From: a virus
Taxonomy: Duplodnaviria; Heunggongvirae; Uroviricota; Caudoviricetes
Length of the DNA stretch: 13,926 bases
IMG/VR virus record: IMGVR_UViG_2529292830_000019
Strand: one strand, 5' to 3'
Shown here one piece after another: positions 12,697-13,926 of this stretch. The translations under genes and the position numbers were made by a program. The notes beneath the pieces were generated by a model. That model saw only the letters and a list, made by a program, of their open reading frames with translations, was not told where the DNA came from and ran no database searches. How positions within the stretch are numbered: the stretch's first letter is position 1; each line of letters begins with the position of its first letter.

Positions 12697-13926
12697 TTAT
12701 ATTTCTCTGGCTATTGGCAGTGTGGTTACGTTTTCGTGAGTACCCGCCAGTATCTCTAACCGCTCTGTCCACATGTCCAGCGCATTACGTTTCGCATCGA
12801 GATAACGGGAGTGGTTATAGACTCGCTGCATCCCTGGCATCTGGTGAGCGGTGAGTTGTTCGACAATATGCGGATCCACGCCTAAATCGTTCAGCATCGT
12901 GGTAAACGTGCGCCGTATATCGTGTAGTGACCAGTGCGGATGGTTTAATTTTTTGTGCGTGAATCTGCCGTATTGCGACACGCTGGCTTCCTGTTTCAGT
13001 TCCCCGAGTAATAGTCCTGTGTGTCGGTTCTGCTCCACCAGCCGTGTGACGAACGGTAAAATGCTTTCCGGTATTGGCCTGAATATGGCGACCTTCGTTT
13101 TGCTGTGCTCCTTCGGTACTGTCCAGAGCATTTCCTTAAAATCCCCCTCCCTGATCTCCGACAGCCTCAGTTCTCCGGTTCGGCAACCAAACACAATCAG
13201 GAGGCGGATTAGTGCGCTGTAGTAGGGCGGGAATATTTTTTTATCCAGCGCCTGTAATAATTCGCCCAGTTCTTTGTTACTAAGCACGCGTTCGCTTATG
13301 CCCGGCTTTTTGCCAACGTCCACCACGTTGAGATCATCCAGAACGTTACTGACTGCGTAGCGACGTTTACGGCAGAACTTAAGCGCCTGTTTACACGCCT
13401 GCATCATGTGACCAGACGTTACGGGGGATTTTTTGCGTATCCGGTCAAAACAGGCCAGCCAGTGACGTAATTCGCATTTATCCAGTGGCATGTTACCGAT
13501 GTGCTGTATGACGTGATTATTCAGGCGACTTTTCAGGCATACATAATCGACACGGTTTTCCTTTCCGTGCGTTTCCAGCCAGTAACTGATCGCATCGCCA
13601 ACCGTTACGGGTTTTAACGCTTCCTGCACAGTGTAGTTCAGTTCATGACGTGGGTTTTTCCCTTCTGCCAGCCATGCACGACACTTTGCGGCTTTTTCCC
13701 TGGCTGCTTTAAGGCTCAGATCGGGATAGTTTCCCAGCTTCAGGCGTTCCGGTGTGGTATCCCTTCCCGTTCCAGCCCTGTAGGTGAAGTACCAGGTCAA
13801 TTTACCTGATGTTAAATATTTCACGCTCAGATTACCGCCATCGCTATAGAACGTATTTTTCTCCGCTGGCTTACCATAAAGTTTTCTTAACAATGTATCG
13901 TTCAGTTTGTTAAGCGCTCTGCTCAC
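12697..13926 (-). CDS. int: Tyrosine recombinase / integrase, P4/CP4-57 type, at least 409 aa; 5' end at or beyond the window edge
   Basis: N-terminal arm-binding-like region (LNDTLLRKL...GNLSVKYLTSGKLTWYFTYR...LKLGNYPDLSLKAAREKA) and a catalytic domain with HDIRRT and the C-terminal tyrosine region. The frame is open to the last base; the codon at 13926..13924 is GTG. Confidence 0.9.
   Translation of the reverse strand: MSRALNKLNDTLLRKLYGKPAEKNTFYSDGGNLSVKYLTSGKLTWYFTYRAGTGRDTTPERLKLGNYPDLSLKAAREKAAKCRAWLAEGKNPRHELNYTVQEALKPVTVGDAISYWLETHGKENRVDYVCLKSRLNNHVIQHIGNMPLDKCELRHWLACFDRIRKKSPVTSGHMMQACKQALKFCRKRRYAVSNVLDDLNVVDVGKKPGISERVLSNKELGELLQALDKKIFPPYYSALIRLLIVFGCRTGELRLSEIREGDFKEMLWTVPKEHSKTKVAIFRPIPESILPFVTRLVEQNRHTGLLLGELKQEASVSQYGRFTHKKLNHPHWSLHDIRRTFTTMLNDLGVDPHIVEQLTAHQMPGMQRVYNHSRYLDAKRNALDMWTERLEILAGTHENVTTLPIAREI

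Larger units (their letters stand above)
1..13926 (-). mobile_element. Integrative phage-satellite-like element (P4-type int/alpA/primase replicon with an HK97-type head and packaging module); extends beyond both window edges
   Basis: Gene content and order: integrase, AlpA, primase-helicase, iteron origin, SSB, capsid, protease, portal, connector, HNH, terS, terL, all on the minus strand. No tail or lysis genes in the window. Confidence 0.6.

Noticed and set aside
12590-12772. 60-aa minus-strand ORF overlapping the integrase stop
   Set aside because: It lies in another frame over the integrase 3' end and the phased repeats, with low-complexity composition and no RBS; probably not coding.
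1-13926. A defence system (restriction-modification, toxin-antitoxin, abortive infection, CRISPR) in the accessory positions
   Set aside because: No ORF shows nuclease, methyltransferase, ATPase or toxin motifs that I can recognise outside the packaging and replication genes, and there is no CRISPR repeat-spacer array. The small unknown ORFs are flagged as candidates only.
1-13926. tRNA, tmRNA or rRNA genes that could mark the integration site
   Set aside because: No cloverleaf-like sequence or conserved rRNA block seen by eye; the attachment site is probably outside the window.
1-13926. P4 sid / psu / delta capsid-size and late-control genes
   Set aside because: No ORF resembles them in size or position; the element has its own capsid genes instead.

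Overview
This 13.9-kb window reads as a single integrative, phage-satellite-like element, with almost every gene on the minus strand. From right to left it carries a P4/CP4-57-type tyrosine integrase (running off the window edge), an AlpA-family regulator, a divergent switch region (a small ribbon-helix-helix protein on the + strand facing a leftward operon of small ORFs that ends in a P4-alpha/D5-type primase-helicase), an AT-rich iteron origin (about ten copies of CTGTTCACC), a short operon encoding SSB and a FinO/ProQ-domain protein, an intrinsic terminator, and then a complete HK97-type head and DNA-packaging module. That module runs major capsid, prohead protease, portal, gp6-like connector, HNH endonuclease, a 288-bp non-coding gap (candidate cos), P27-family small terminase, large terminase and one small ORF. 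I see no tail, baseplate or lysis genes, and no tRNA, rRNA or CRISPR array. The best interpretation is a capsid-forming PICI-like satellite: a P4-type integrase/AlpA/primase replicon that builds its own heads and packages its own DNA but would need a helper phage for tails. All protein calls are made by eye from the translated ORFs and remembered family motifs; no database search or computation was run, and every start codon and regulatory site is a prediction.
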